A DNA stretch of 64,000 nucleotides. It comes from Podarcis pityusensis. Lineage: Eukaryota. Of the stretch, positions 44,001 through 56,000 are shown piece after piece. Where the stretch lies: the NCBI GenBank assembly GCA_964106645.2, contig OZ067052.1; one strand, written 5' to 3'. The notes below the pieces were generated by a model. It ran no database searches, had not been told where the DNA came from, and saw only the letters and a program-made list of their open reading frames with translations. Made by a program: the position numbers and the translations under genes. Each line of letters begins with the position of its first letter. The first letter of the stretch is position 1.

Positions 44001-47000
44001 GTGTTGGCCAAAAGTTTCCTGCATTGCAGGAGGTTGGACTAGATGGCCCTTGTGGGCTCTTCTAACATTATGATTCCATTACAGTACCTGCCCACAGGCT
44101 TACAATCTTAAAAGTAAAATAAACAACACATAACACACAAGGGGAAGAAGACAGGGAGAGTAGAGGAGGAAATCAAACTCAAGAGCCAATTCTGAAATAA
44201 TTGTTCTTATAACGACCAACTGGCACAGTCCAGGTTCAATCCTTGCCACCTCTATTTAGAAAGGATCAGCTAAGTAGGTGATTCTGTAGGAATTCTGCAC
44301 TGGAGAGCTCCTGCCAGTCTGAGTAGACTGTGCTAAGTAGATAAATAGTCTGCCTTGGTATAAGGCAGTTTCCTATGTTTTCCCTGCAGTTTTTGAGACC
44401 TGGGCCTCGAGAACTGTTAAGCTTGCCCCACAAGCAAACCAGGTTTTTTGAGCAGGGGTGTTAATAGTGAGGTTCTCTCTTCCTGCCCCCTTCCACCTTA
44501 AATTATTTTCCTGTCTTTCATCCAACAGGAGCTGCTACTTTTAGAGACTATCCCTGTGCTCCTGGCCACTGGTGCCCAGGAAGAAGAGAGGCTTTCCTTT
44601 GCCCACCTGGCACCTTTAGGACCCAGCCTGGTGCTACATCTTTGGAGGACTGTAACACCTGCCCTTCTGGGTTTTACTGCCCAGACCCAGCAAAGTCGGG
44701 GGTACCAAACATCCAGGGCATACCTTGCGAACCAGGCTATGAATGCCCACCAGGTGAGATGTGATCATGCATCAACTCTTGAACATCATGGCGCTGACAA
44801 TATGGGTTTCAGTAACTAGTTGGGCATTCTCCCCGTGATACTTTCTGGGTGTTTTGTACTTGCGAAGACCCAGGACATGTAGGCTGAAGCAATACTCTTG
44901 TGTACATGCCATACATTTAAAGCACATAGCTTCCTCCAAAGAATTCTGGGATCTGAAGTTTGTTGAGGGTTGCTGGGAATTGTCGTTCTGTGAGGAGTAA
45001 ACTCAACCCCTCCTCCATGGGAACTCTGGGAGTTGTAGTTCAACGAGGGAACTGGCCATGGTTAAAGCCAATGGATACTTCTTTAAATGCATAGCGCAAG
45101 TGGGACATCTATTGCATTTCCTTTCCTATAGGTTCCCCTAGTCCTCAGATATGCCGGCCTGGCTCTTACTGCGGACCCAGCACGGGGGTTCCTCCCCTGT
45201 GTCCAGTCGGGTATTACTGTCCAGAAGGGTCATCCACATATAACATTCCGGGGCAGCTGTGAGTATATTTCACAGGAGGCAAAGACTCCACACCTCTGGA
45301 AAATTCATGCTTTAAAACCAAACGTATCGTTCTGGGGTTTGTGACCCCCCCTACCCACCCAAAACTTTGTGTATTTCATAACTACTGTAAAGCTGCTTCA
45401 GAGTTGCAAAATCCCACACATGTAATTTGGGTGTCCCATTCAGCATAGCCTTCCTAGGGGGGACCATCTCAGTATGGCTAACAATGTGACCCTGTGCTTG
45501 TTTACTCTGAAATAAGCTTCCCTGTCTTTACTGGACCTTTCTTCAAGGTATATAGGGTTGCAGCATCACCCCCCAAGCTTTATTTAACAGGAGAAGGGGT
45601 GTGTTGTTGTTGTTTTTAAAAACGTACAGTGGTACCTTGGGTTACATACGCTTCAGGTTACATACGCTTCAGGTTACAGACTCCGCTAACCCAGAAATAG
45701 TACCTTGGGTTAAGAACTTTGCTTCAGGTTGAGAACAGAAATCGTGCTCCGGCGGCGTGGCAGCAGCAGGAGGCACCATTAGCTAAAGTGGTGCTTCTGG
45801 TTAAGAACAGTTTCAGGTTAATAACGGACCTCCGGAATGAATTAAGTACTTAACCCAAGGTACCACTGTAATAGAAAGAGGCTTGCTTCACACCCCTGTT
45901 GACATTTTTACTCAAATGTGAGCCACCCTTTCCACGCATGTCTGCCTCTGTTCTCCTCTGAAAATAGCAGGGAAGAACTATATGCCAGTATACCACTTTA
46001 CTCCTGTGATTTTTCCGGGTTAAGGGGTCTGCAAATTGATTTTTTTCTGGAATCAGATAACACAGAAATGAGTACAAAACATGGACTATTTTCCATTACC
46101 TTGAATGAGTGAGTGAAAGAATAAACCCATCGGGGGATACTCTCCATCTGCTGCAGAAATGTGAACTATTCACAGGAAGTCCTATTTGCTCTCTGACCAT
46201 CCTCAGCCCTGCTTCTATTTCTCAGGTGTGTCTATCCCCACTACTGCCCTCTTGGCAGTGCTCATCCACTCCTGTGCCAATCTGGTTACACAGCCCTGAA
46301 CACGACAGGCCTGAGAGACTCCTTTGAGAAGAGCTGCAGGGCATGCGCTGCTGGAACCTATGGTGGCAACCTGGACACCATTCCACCCTGCCAGCCCTGC
46401 CCGCCGGGATTCAGCTGCCCTGAAGGTGATTGTTCCACATGACACCACAGAGAACAGGGAGATGGTCATGGTAGAGAAATTGGTTTCAAGGTTTGCTGGG
46501 GGAGGACACAAGAAGAAAGCATCCTTTGAGCATCTCTTTAAGAAATGCCACATTTAAAATCTGAGCCAGAAGCCAAGGAACATTGGGTTGCATCAGAGTA
46601 GACCCACTGAAATGAATGAACCTCCATTAGTCACCTCCATTAACTTCAGCGGGTCTGTAGGTCAAGCATTGGAGACAACCTATCATTTTTATACCACTGG
46701 TTTGTCTAGGCTGGTGCTGTGTACAGAGTGAGAAATTCCCGTTCTTCCTCTTCCCCCCAGGTACTGCAAGTTACCTCCAGCATCCTTGCCCCCAGGGGTA
46801 TTATTGCCCAGACCTGACCTCTTCCCCCAAGCCGTGTCCTCCTGGTACTTACGGGAACAGCAGCCTAGCCAAGCGGCTGGAGGAATGCCACCCCTGCCCT
46901 GCTGGCTCTTTCAATCACCTCCCAGCTCAAACCGGGTGTTTTCCTTGCGGCAGTTCATCAACATCCAATCCAGGTGAGCCCACCTGTTCCCTCACTTAGT

Positions 47001-50000
47001 TCCTTTCATTAGCATCATTTGGAGCTGCTTGCACAAGGGCCTCGTTTCTGCAGTGTGCAAACATCTGCAGATAAGGAGTGAGTGCATGTGCTGCCATGCT
47101 TTTTCGATGAGTAGTCAACCCCCCTCTGAACCTCAACTTGCCTCTTTAAGGTGCTACCAGCTGTACCTGCCATGGTCTGAATCGGGCTTTCCAGGAGTCT
47201 GATGGCTCTTGCATTTGCCAGGTGGGATACCTTTACTTTGATGAGAGAGGGAAGAAAACACCTGACAGCAACAGCAACCAGGACTGCCAGCCCCAGGTGA
47301 TGCACCATGGCTGTTGATGCATGTGTGATGCTTCCTAGCAGCATCTTTTATAAACATTGTGCCAGTCTGACTTGCCCCTTTTCTTTCCCTTCTGCAGGTG
47401 GAGGAACGCTGCGCTCCTTGGGAGGTCCGCTTAGCATCCACCCGCAAATGTGTGTCCCCTGAGCACTATAACTGCTCTCTGGTCTGTGGTCCAGCAAGTG
47501 GTGAGCTCCACGCTGAACTTGGCATGTAAGCACCATCTTTTCAGGAAAGCATTACTGGGTACCAGAGAGACAAGTTCTTCTCCTTAGCAATCGGGAGTGT
47601 AAATCTCAACCCAACTCTTATGCATTTTTACCATTGCTCGGATTTTTCAAATGGGATTAAGTATGATGTGACAGATGTCAGCATCTGGCCTCCTCCCCCT
47701 TGCCAGCAGCCTCTGCATAGAAGGCAAAACAGAAATAAAAAATGGGAGTCACTTCACACATTGTTTCATTTCCACATTTAGGTTATACATTTACAAATAA
47801 CTTCCCCCGAAAGTACATCTGGAAGCAGGTGCATTTAGACAGATTTATTGTTTTGATTTTTTCAAATTAAATTTATATCCCTCCCTCCCTTCCTTCCTTC
47901 CTTCCTTCCTTCCTTCCTTCCTTCTTTCCAAAGGAGCTGAGGGAGGAAGATGTGTCCCTTAAAGAGCCAGAATTGGCTGCAGATCCCCACACCGTGGCAG
48001 AACCTATGCTTTCTGCCCTAATATGCATGGAATGGACTTCATCTCAGTCTCATAAACTTCATGCCCAGATTCCATGTCTGTTTGCTTGCACATGTTACCA
48101 GATCATTCTTGCAGCCTCACCATGTCAACATCCACCACTGGTACCCCCTCCAGTGTCTGGTCCAAGAGGACAGGGCTTCTCCTGTCTGCGTTCCTTTCAT
48201 CAGGCTTGGTGGCACTTGGAATTCTCATAAGAAGAGGCTTGATGGAGTTTCCCTACTCCCTCACTGATGTCACTGGTAATTCTGGCTATCCAAACTTTCC
48301 CTGGAAGCCATCTTGGCCCAGACCCCGAACGAATTTCTCTAATCCCCTTTCAAAGCCACCCATATAAGTGGCCATAATTACACCTTGTATTAGCAAATCC
48401 CATAGCTTAGCTATACATTATGTGGATAAGTTCTCTGAATCTCCCACCATTCAGCCTCATTGGACGACCCCATTAGCTACTAGTGGAGGAGAATTTCTCT
48501 CTGCTCAACAACATTAATGATTTTTATATACCTCTATAATTATCCTTTTTTTCTAAACTAAAAAGCCCAAACATCATATCCTTTCCTTATAGTGGAGTTG
48601 TTCCAGTCCCTGGATTGTTTTGGAGGCCAATGTGAGGACCTGCATCATTTCTGGATTTTTAAGTTACTTTCAAACTGTTTTTGATATTGTGTTTTAATTG
48701 CAATTTGCTCTGGGACCTTGGGATGAAAGGTGGGTTATTGTTGTCACTGTTGTCACTCCGAGTCCCACCATGAACCAGGTCAGGGGAAGCCAATGGACAG
48801 AGCTTGAGAACCCTTTGTTGGGGAACCTGTGGTCATCCAGGGGTTGTTGAGACTCCAATTCCCAGCAGTACCAGCCAGCATGTTCAATGGCCAACCATCA
48901 ATGGTCAACTCCAATAACATCTCAAGGGTACCAGGTTCCCTAACTCTGCCTTGCTGCCTACATAATTCTTCACCTGTGGCCCCTGCATCTCACAACACAG
49001 AGATCTACATATTTCTTAGTTCTGGCACCAGCAGACACAGCTGACTCCCAGCTTATATGAAAGTAAGCCTTTCAAGCTTATTTCCCTGGAATGGAGATTC
49101 AGACAGAAGCAGCACTGTTTCTCTCTGCTTCCCAGGTGCCACTGTGAGCAGTACATTTCCGCTGAAGAGCTATGTGATCGGCTATGCCTCTTGAGAGCTC
49201 CACAGATTTCCCTGAGATTTGGTCCAGAGAGGGAGCTGCTTCTGAGTGTTGATGGGACTCAAGAAAGAGTGAGTGGAGAATGCCAGGGCTGAAGGGGAAT
49301 GGCTCTCTCTGCATGCAGATGGATGTTTAAGGCCACATTCACACCACACAATTAAACCAGGATCATACCACTTTAAGCTGTCACGGCTTCCCCCAAAGAA
49401 TTCTGGAAGCTGTTGTTTGTTAAAGGTGCTGAGAGTTGTTAGGAGACCCCAATTTCCTGTCACAGAACTACAATTCCTTCTGAAGAGGGATTTGTTGTTA
49501 AACTCTGGGAATGGTTTAAAGTAGTATGGTGCTGTTTTAAATTCATGCTTTGAGTCTGACCTAAGGCTTGGAGTTTCTCTAGGATTACTCTGCTGGGGAC
49601 CATATAGGGAACTCAGAGAATTCCAACAAATAACTTAAGTTAAATAGCAGACTGTAAGACAAACAACACCGTATTGCTTTTCAGGAGCTACCAAATACCT
49701 TGGGACCTGATGAACATGTGCAGAAAAGCCGGCAGGTGCATTTGGCTCTCTTTGGCCCCAGTGGAGTTTTTGGCTTCCTGCTTTCCAGCCCGGACATGCT
49801 GGACACTTTCCTGGCAGGTAAGATGTCTGGCTTGCCACAGCTTAGTGACAGGAGTGCATTGAATTATACATCTGCAGTCTAGGTCTTCCATAAGCACTAT
49901 GCCTGTAATGCCTGATAATAATAAGTGTGAGATGGACCCTTTGCAGGCAACCCACAGACTGTGCAACTCCCCCCCCCCCACTAAAGTCACTTTGGATCTA

Positions 50001-53000
50001 TGATCCAGCTGGTTTACACTTGTTCCTCATCACAACAGTGTTGTATGGTTACGTGCATGTGTGAATGGTCAATCCCAGATCAAACATCACTGAGAGAACC
50101 TTCATATATTTTGAAAAGGGGAAAAGGGATACATTGCAATGGACCCCAATGGCCTGTGAGTCAGAAATGAAGGGAATATAGGCATGTTTTACTGGACATT
50201 GATGGTTTCCTCATCCACAACATCTCTGTAAGAACTTGTGGTCCATTCCTCCCACCTACCCACAGAATAAGCATCTTTCCTTAACTCTTGACTTAGCTCC
50301 TCCCCTTTCCATCAACTTTTCCAATCCAGGAGATTCAGAGCTGCCTCCCCCGCGGCAGAGACATCGGCGGGAGGGGGATGCTGCACAATCTCAACATACT
50401 CTGCTCTTACCCACAATTCCAAACCCTGTTGCATGTCTGGCTGTTGGGGATGCCATCCTTTTCCAGCTCAGTATCAATCCCTATGGTGAGTATATGCAAT
50501 TGCTTCCTGTGATGTAGGGTGAGATCCAATGCAGCATAAGTGGGCTCATAGAACTGGGCTGCTGCTTCTCTTCACTCCACCTCCTCACCCACAAATCTGT
50601 CCCAGATAAGGCTGGGGGTGGGGAGAGGAGGGCTGGGGCGGGAACAAGGTGCAAGAGCACTCTCCCCTTCTGGGGCTTTCAGCAACTGATAATTGCTGCC
50701 TCTACACTGGAGGTAGAAAATAGGCATCTATAGCTATACCCTCTATGAATTTGTCAGCTGTGGTCTTCGGAAGGAAAACTAGATTTGGCTTTGCAATTGC
50801 TACTCTTCACATTTTGTTTCTGCCAGAAAGAGGGGACCTGAATTGATCCTGAGCTCAGTTCTCTTAGGAAGGTTGCACATCTGATCAAAATGCAGATCCA
50901 CAGAGGGCTTGCCATTCAAGAGATAAAGATGTTTGTTTATGCATCCTTAGCCTGGCTTTGTATCCACTCATGAGTGCTTGGATGGTGTTGACTCTGTTCC
51001 CATTCCTTACCAGACCGCCTCGCTAGTCACTACCCTGTCTATCAAAAGCAGCACCTCTATAACAGCAACCCCCACTGGGATTTTGGTGCATTCAGAAGGC
51101 TGGACCACCTCATTCGAGAAACTCAACTCAACATCTCCAGGTATCTTCTGATGCTACCAAAGGAATGCCTTCCCTTCTACCAAGATCCTCAGATGAGGCC
51201 CTGTTCATAGCCCCTTTCTCCTCTGAAGTTAGACCAATGCAGAAGAGAAGCAGAGCCTTCTCCTTGTAAAATTCTCTCCCCAGAGATGTCTGACAGGCTA
51301 GCCAACTCTTTGATCTTTAAGGGGGGAGAGAACTTAAGAAAAATAATAATAGACAGATATGCATGTGAATATTAGCTGTTATTTCTTACTTTTTGTGATA
51401 TTAAAAAAACCCACATTAGTCACCCCAAGTACATTGCCATACAATGTTGTGGGTCACACATTCCAAGAATCCAGTGAATCTTCTGCCAGCGCATTGCCAG
51501 CTGAGGGGGTTGAATTCGGCAGCAAATAAACTGAAGAAAATGATCCTTCCCCTTCTGTTGATGTGGTTGTCATGTTAACCAGTGATGGTGTTGGTCGTTT
51601 GTGGTCTTCCGTTTTGAAGGGAGTCAGGGAAAGTCATTCACTGATTGGATTGTTAATTTAATTGGCTGTGTTAATTGCTTTAAATCTATAGGCTAAAGAA
51701 ATATTGTTCGTATTCCTTAAGCTCCAGAGTGATTCTCAGTCTGCTTTTCTTTATCTATAGCTGAGAACTTCAGGCATTACACAAGATTATCAGTGAGAAC
51801 GCTAGCTTACAGCTCTTCTCCACTGGTTGGTAGGTAGACAGATAGATGTATGTACATACTCACAGATACATGTGGGGTAGCATTCAGTCACACAGTCCAC
51901 ACCAGCAGTCTGAAGCTGTACAGTCCAGTGACAGTTTTGCCATGTTTGTAGAAATCAGGGCTTAATTTTGTTGACATCTCTAATTTACACATGTAAAATA
52001 CTGCATGGATGACATATACTTCATACGTCTTCATCTCTCCAATATGTTCTTTGGAGCTGGCTCACGAGTGATCTCTGATTTTACATCTCTCTTGCCTCCA
52101 TTAACTTTACAGAATCTTTTCTGATGCACTTGACAACCCTCAGAGAATCAATAAGACCTCCACTCAAGGAACTGATAAGAGGCATGAAATGCCTTTTGCA
52201 AGGAAGAAAGCTTGAGGAACAATGTTTCCCATCTTCTTCCTAGGGGAGCTCTGTCATTTTGGAGAATAATCTAGCAATAATCAAAGAAATAATTTGTTGC
52301 AGTCAGTAGACCAGAATCTCCATGGCCTCAGCAACCTTGAGATCATGCTGTGAATAAAACTGAAATTGCTTGAAGGTTTTTCCTCCCCCTTGATACCTTT
52401 AGTTTTGGGGTAATATTAAATATTGACGGAATGCAGTAGAGCAAAAGGGCTTGTTTAAGACAGCACACCTCTCCCTTCCTCAGATTCTCCCACGTGTTCC
52501 TTGAGCCTGGGACGTACGTCTTCCGGGATAATGCCATTGAAGATCGGATGCTGATCGTGGTGGTGAATGAGGAGACTATGAGCTGCAACCCCCTTGCAGC
52601 TCCCTTCCAGCCCTCATCTCCATTCCAGCTTGCTCGGCAGGGGGTCCTGAAGCGCCAGGTGCTCAATGTCGCCCCAGACTGGGCAGCTATTGCAGGTACT
52701 ATGACAATGACTCTGTAGTTTGTCTTTAAAGGAGGGGGGGAACTATGGTGCCCAGAATTCCCTGGGGAAAGTCGTGTGCTTTAAATGTGTGTCAGATGTG
52801 CTTTAAGTCTATAGTGTGGCTCTTGCAAAGTGCTGTGTATGTGCTCCTTAAACTTTTGTGGACTTTGCCCTTTTCAGTCAAAGCAACACGACTAGGCTGC
52901 AATTAGCCAGTTGTCCATCCCATATTGGCCTCTCCGCTCACCTTTATAATATCAGTTGCCCCCCTGGCATATTTTTCCAGAGGTAAGGAGAGTTGACTTC

Positions 53001-56000
53001 TTGCAACATGCATCATGAGAAAGCAGACGCCCTGTGGGAAGGTGACTTGAGGTGACTGATTCATATTAATTATCTGTAGCAGTTAATCTGCTTATACAAG
53101 CAAAGGAACAAGACAGAGTCTCTAGACTTCTGGTCTCCCATCCTCTGCTGCAGCAACTCTCCTCCTCCTGTGTAAGCAATTCTTTGCTGCATAGCAATAG
53201 CAGGTGGAGCTAGCAATGAGGAGCAGCCCAGGTATGCCACACCTTGCCTTAAGAATGCAAGTAATAGGTGGCTTTGCTTTATTCAGTTTGTTACATAAGA
53301 GCAGCAAACATCATGGTTTCCAGCACGCGCTGGTGTCAAAATAAACACACCGTGGAAAAATTGCTTTGGTCTGGATTGCAAAGTAGAGCTAGGCATAGTG
53401 TGATCTCAAGAAGTATTCTCTGTCCAAGAGTTCTAAGGATGACTTGTTTTTCCTTTCTGTGCCTCAAATATGCCAGACACTTAAGCATTGTTTCCAATGC
53501 TCTCGCAACTGAACCACATCCATATTTCTGCATGGAAGGAAAGGCCTTAGTTTGTGGGTCACCTTGTCGCAGCAGACAAAGTGGAGTGAAAGACCCAGAG
53601 TGGAGAGAGACCGTGTGCCTCTGCAGATCTTACTCAACTTATAACTCCCATCTAGCCATAGACAGATCTGTCCCACTCCATAAGAACTGAAGCCAGAGGC
53701 AGTAATTCTTCTGAATACTACTTGCTGGAAACCACAGGAGGGCAGAGTGCTCTTGTGTTCGGGTCATGCCTTTGCAGGTTTCCCACAGGCACCTGGATTA
53801 TTTAATTATTTATTAGATTTATTACATAACACCCTTCATCATAAGATCTCAGGGCAGCTCATGGAATAAAATACGGGATGAAAAGAAGTAAATAATTGAA
53901 ACAAAACAGCAAAGCAATGGATTACCATTATGGGAACAAAATGCAGGAGTAGATGATCTAATCTAGCAGGTTCTTCTTATGAGAGAAGAGAACCTTTGTC
54001 TCTTCTGGTGTCGCTGGGCTGTAATTCCTATACAGTGGTACCTCGGGTTACAGACGCTTCAGGTTACATACTCCGCTAACCCAGAAATAGTACCTTGGGT
54101 TAAGAACTTTGCTTCAGGATGAGAACAGAAATTGTGCGGCGGCGGCACAGTGGCAGCGGGAGGCCACATTAGCTAAAGTGGTGCTTCAGGTTAAGAACAG
54201 TTTCACGTTAAGAACAGACCTCCAGAATGAATTAAGTTCTTAACCAGAGGTACCACTATACAGTATACACCAAATACAATGCACTTTGCAATGCAAATGT
54301 CAGAACACGTTACGCAATGCCTATTAAAAATTAATTCAAATAAATCCACAGCGTCCAAAAGGACCTGGAGGGACACAGGTTCCCCATTTCTGCTGCAAAC
54401 TCTTCCTCTTCAGCCTTAGCCCTGCTGCCTCTGAAGGATGGTCAGTTCAGCCAAAGAAGCTGTGTGGACTAGCACGAGGCACCTGAACCATAGAGAAATG
54501 CCTTCTGGGAGGCTGGGGGGGGGGGAGTTAAGCAGATGGTGGAAGCATGAACAGTGAACCATTAATGGATGCCACCTGGATAAAGTGGAAGAGAACTCAA
54601 GAACTTACCTTAGACCACCATCAGGCCTCTGAGAAGAAATTGTAGTGACCCATTTCCCTTCGTTTCATCACCACTGTGTTCTCCTGCCTTTTCAGCTGTG
54701 CTTTTCATCCTGGGGTTCCTCACTGTGGTGTTGACAGCCTTAGTTGTTCTCCTGAGGCATCCCAGCTCTGCTCCAAGCCCAATGAAGAGCTGGAAGCCGC
54801 GGTGGAGGAGCTTGGGAGAGCCACACATCCCCCCGGAGTATGTGCTCATTAAAGAGAGGTGAGTGACGGAAGCCTAATCACCGATGCCACCTTGGGCATC
54901 AATTCTAGCGTCTCTCAGATTCTAATTTTTTTCAGTCTTCAGTTCTTCACATTTCCACATCAGTTTGTGATTCCCCCCCATGACCACTCCCCACATTAAA
55001 TGGGGGGCGCCCTTTGCCTGGTCATGTGCAGCCGCAGCCCCCCAGACCCTATGCGGCACCATTAGCACAGGCTTGGCTTTGCCTTCCCCAGGTGGGATAC
55101 CTGGAGGTCTCCGTCTACCTCAGCCAGTTGCCCAATCCCGCCTGGGGAGGTATTGCCAAGGTGATCAGGCCAGATAGGGGGGAGGGACCACCCTGCCCAC
55201 ACAATAGGGGGAGGATCTTATCTGGGAATCATCAGTTGGCTCCAGAGCTTCTTCAGAAAGGATGTTGCTGGACTTCCTTGCTCCAAAGGTAGGCCTGGGG
55301 TCTTTGGCTCCACCCCCCCCCCCGGCCACAGGGCCTCAAAGGGATGGTGGGGAGCACTAGATCTCGGGATCCCCTTTTAAAGGGGATCCCCTCCCTTGGG
55401 CAGACCAGGGTGGTGGGTAGCAGCGTGGGGAGCTCTCTGGCTGCGCCCCTGTGCCTCTGGTGGCGGCGTGGGCCATGGGGGGGCAGCACCGCTTCGCGCG
55501 GCCTGCCCCTTCCCCCCGTCAGGCCTGGCAGCCCCGGGGTGTGGCGGGTGGCGTCGGACAGGCTTTTTTCACTAATACGTGCAGCTTTATGCATACTTTG
55601 GTGTTTCCGTGCGCTGATCTGGTTTGCCAGAAGCGGCTTAGTGATGCTGGCCACATGACCCGGAAGCTGTACACCGGCTCCCTTGGCCAATAAAGTGAGA
55701 TGAGCGCCGCAACCCCAGAGTTGGCCACGAATGGACCTAATGGTCAGGGGTCCCTTTACCTTTACCTTTATGCATACTTTACCCCAATCCATACCTTTTT
55801 GTACACATTGCTTGACTTTAAAAGTGCACTGCGAAATTCAGGAAAAGTGCAAATTTCATAGGACAGCTGTATGCATTGGTTCATGCATTGTTCTGAAAAG
55901 TGTGAATTAGGTAGGTTCACCTATCAAAGCAAACTGAATTGAATTTCTCCTCCCATCCTGGCTCAGGGCAACAAACAGAAATTTGGTTCTTAAAACAAAC

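Noticed and set aside
54980-55560. GC-rich stretch as a CpG-island promoter
   Set aside because: It is short, lies among repeats and interrupts AT-rich repeat-like sequence. It is more likely an unclassified transposon fragment, which I could not assign.
55253-55792. 179-aa minus-strand ORF and similar ORFs at 11234 and 24953
   Set aside because: Shared peptides such as [10 protein letters not shown] come from Sauria SINE sequence, not a gene family.
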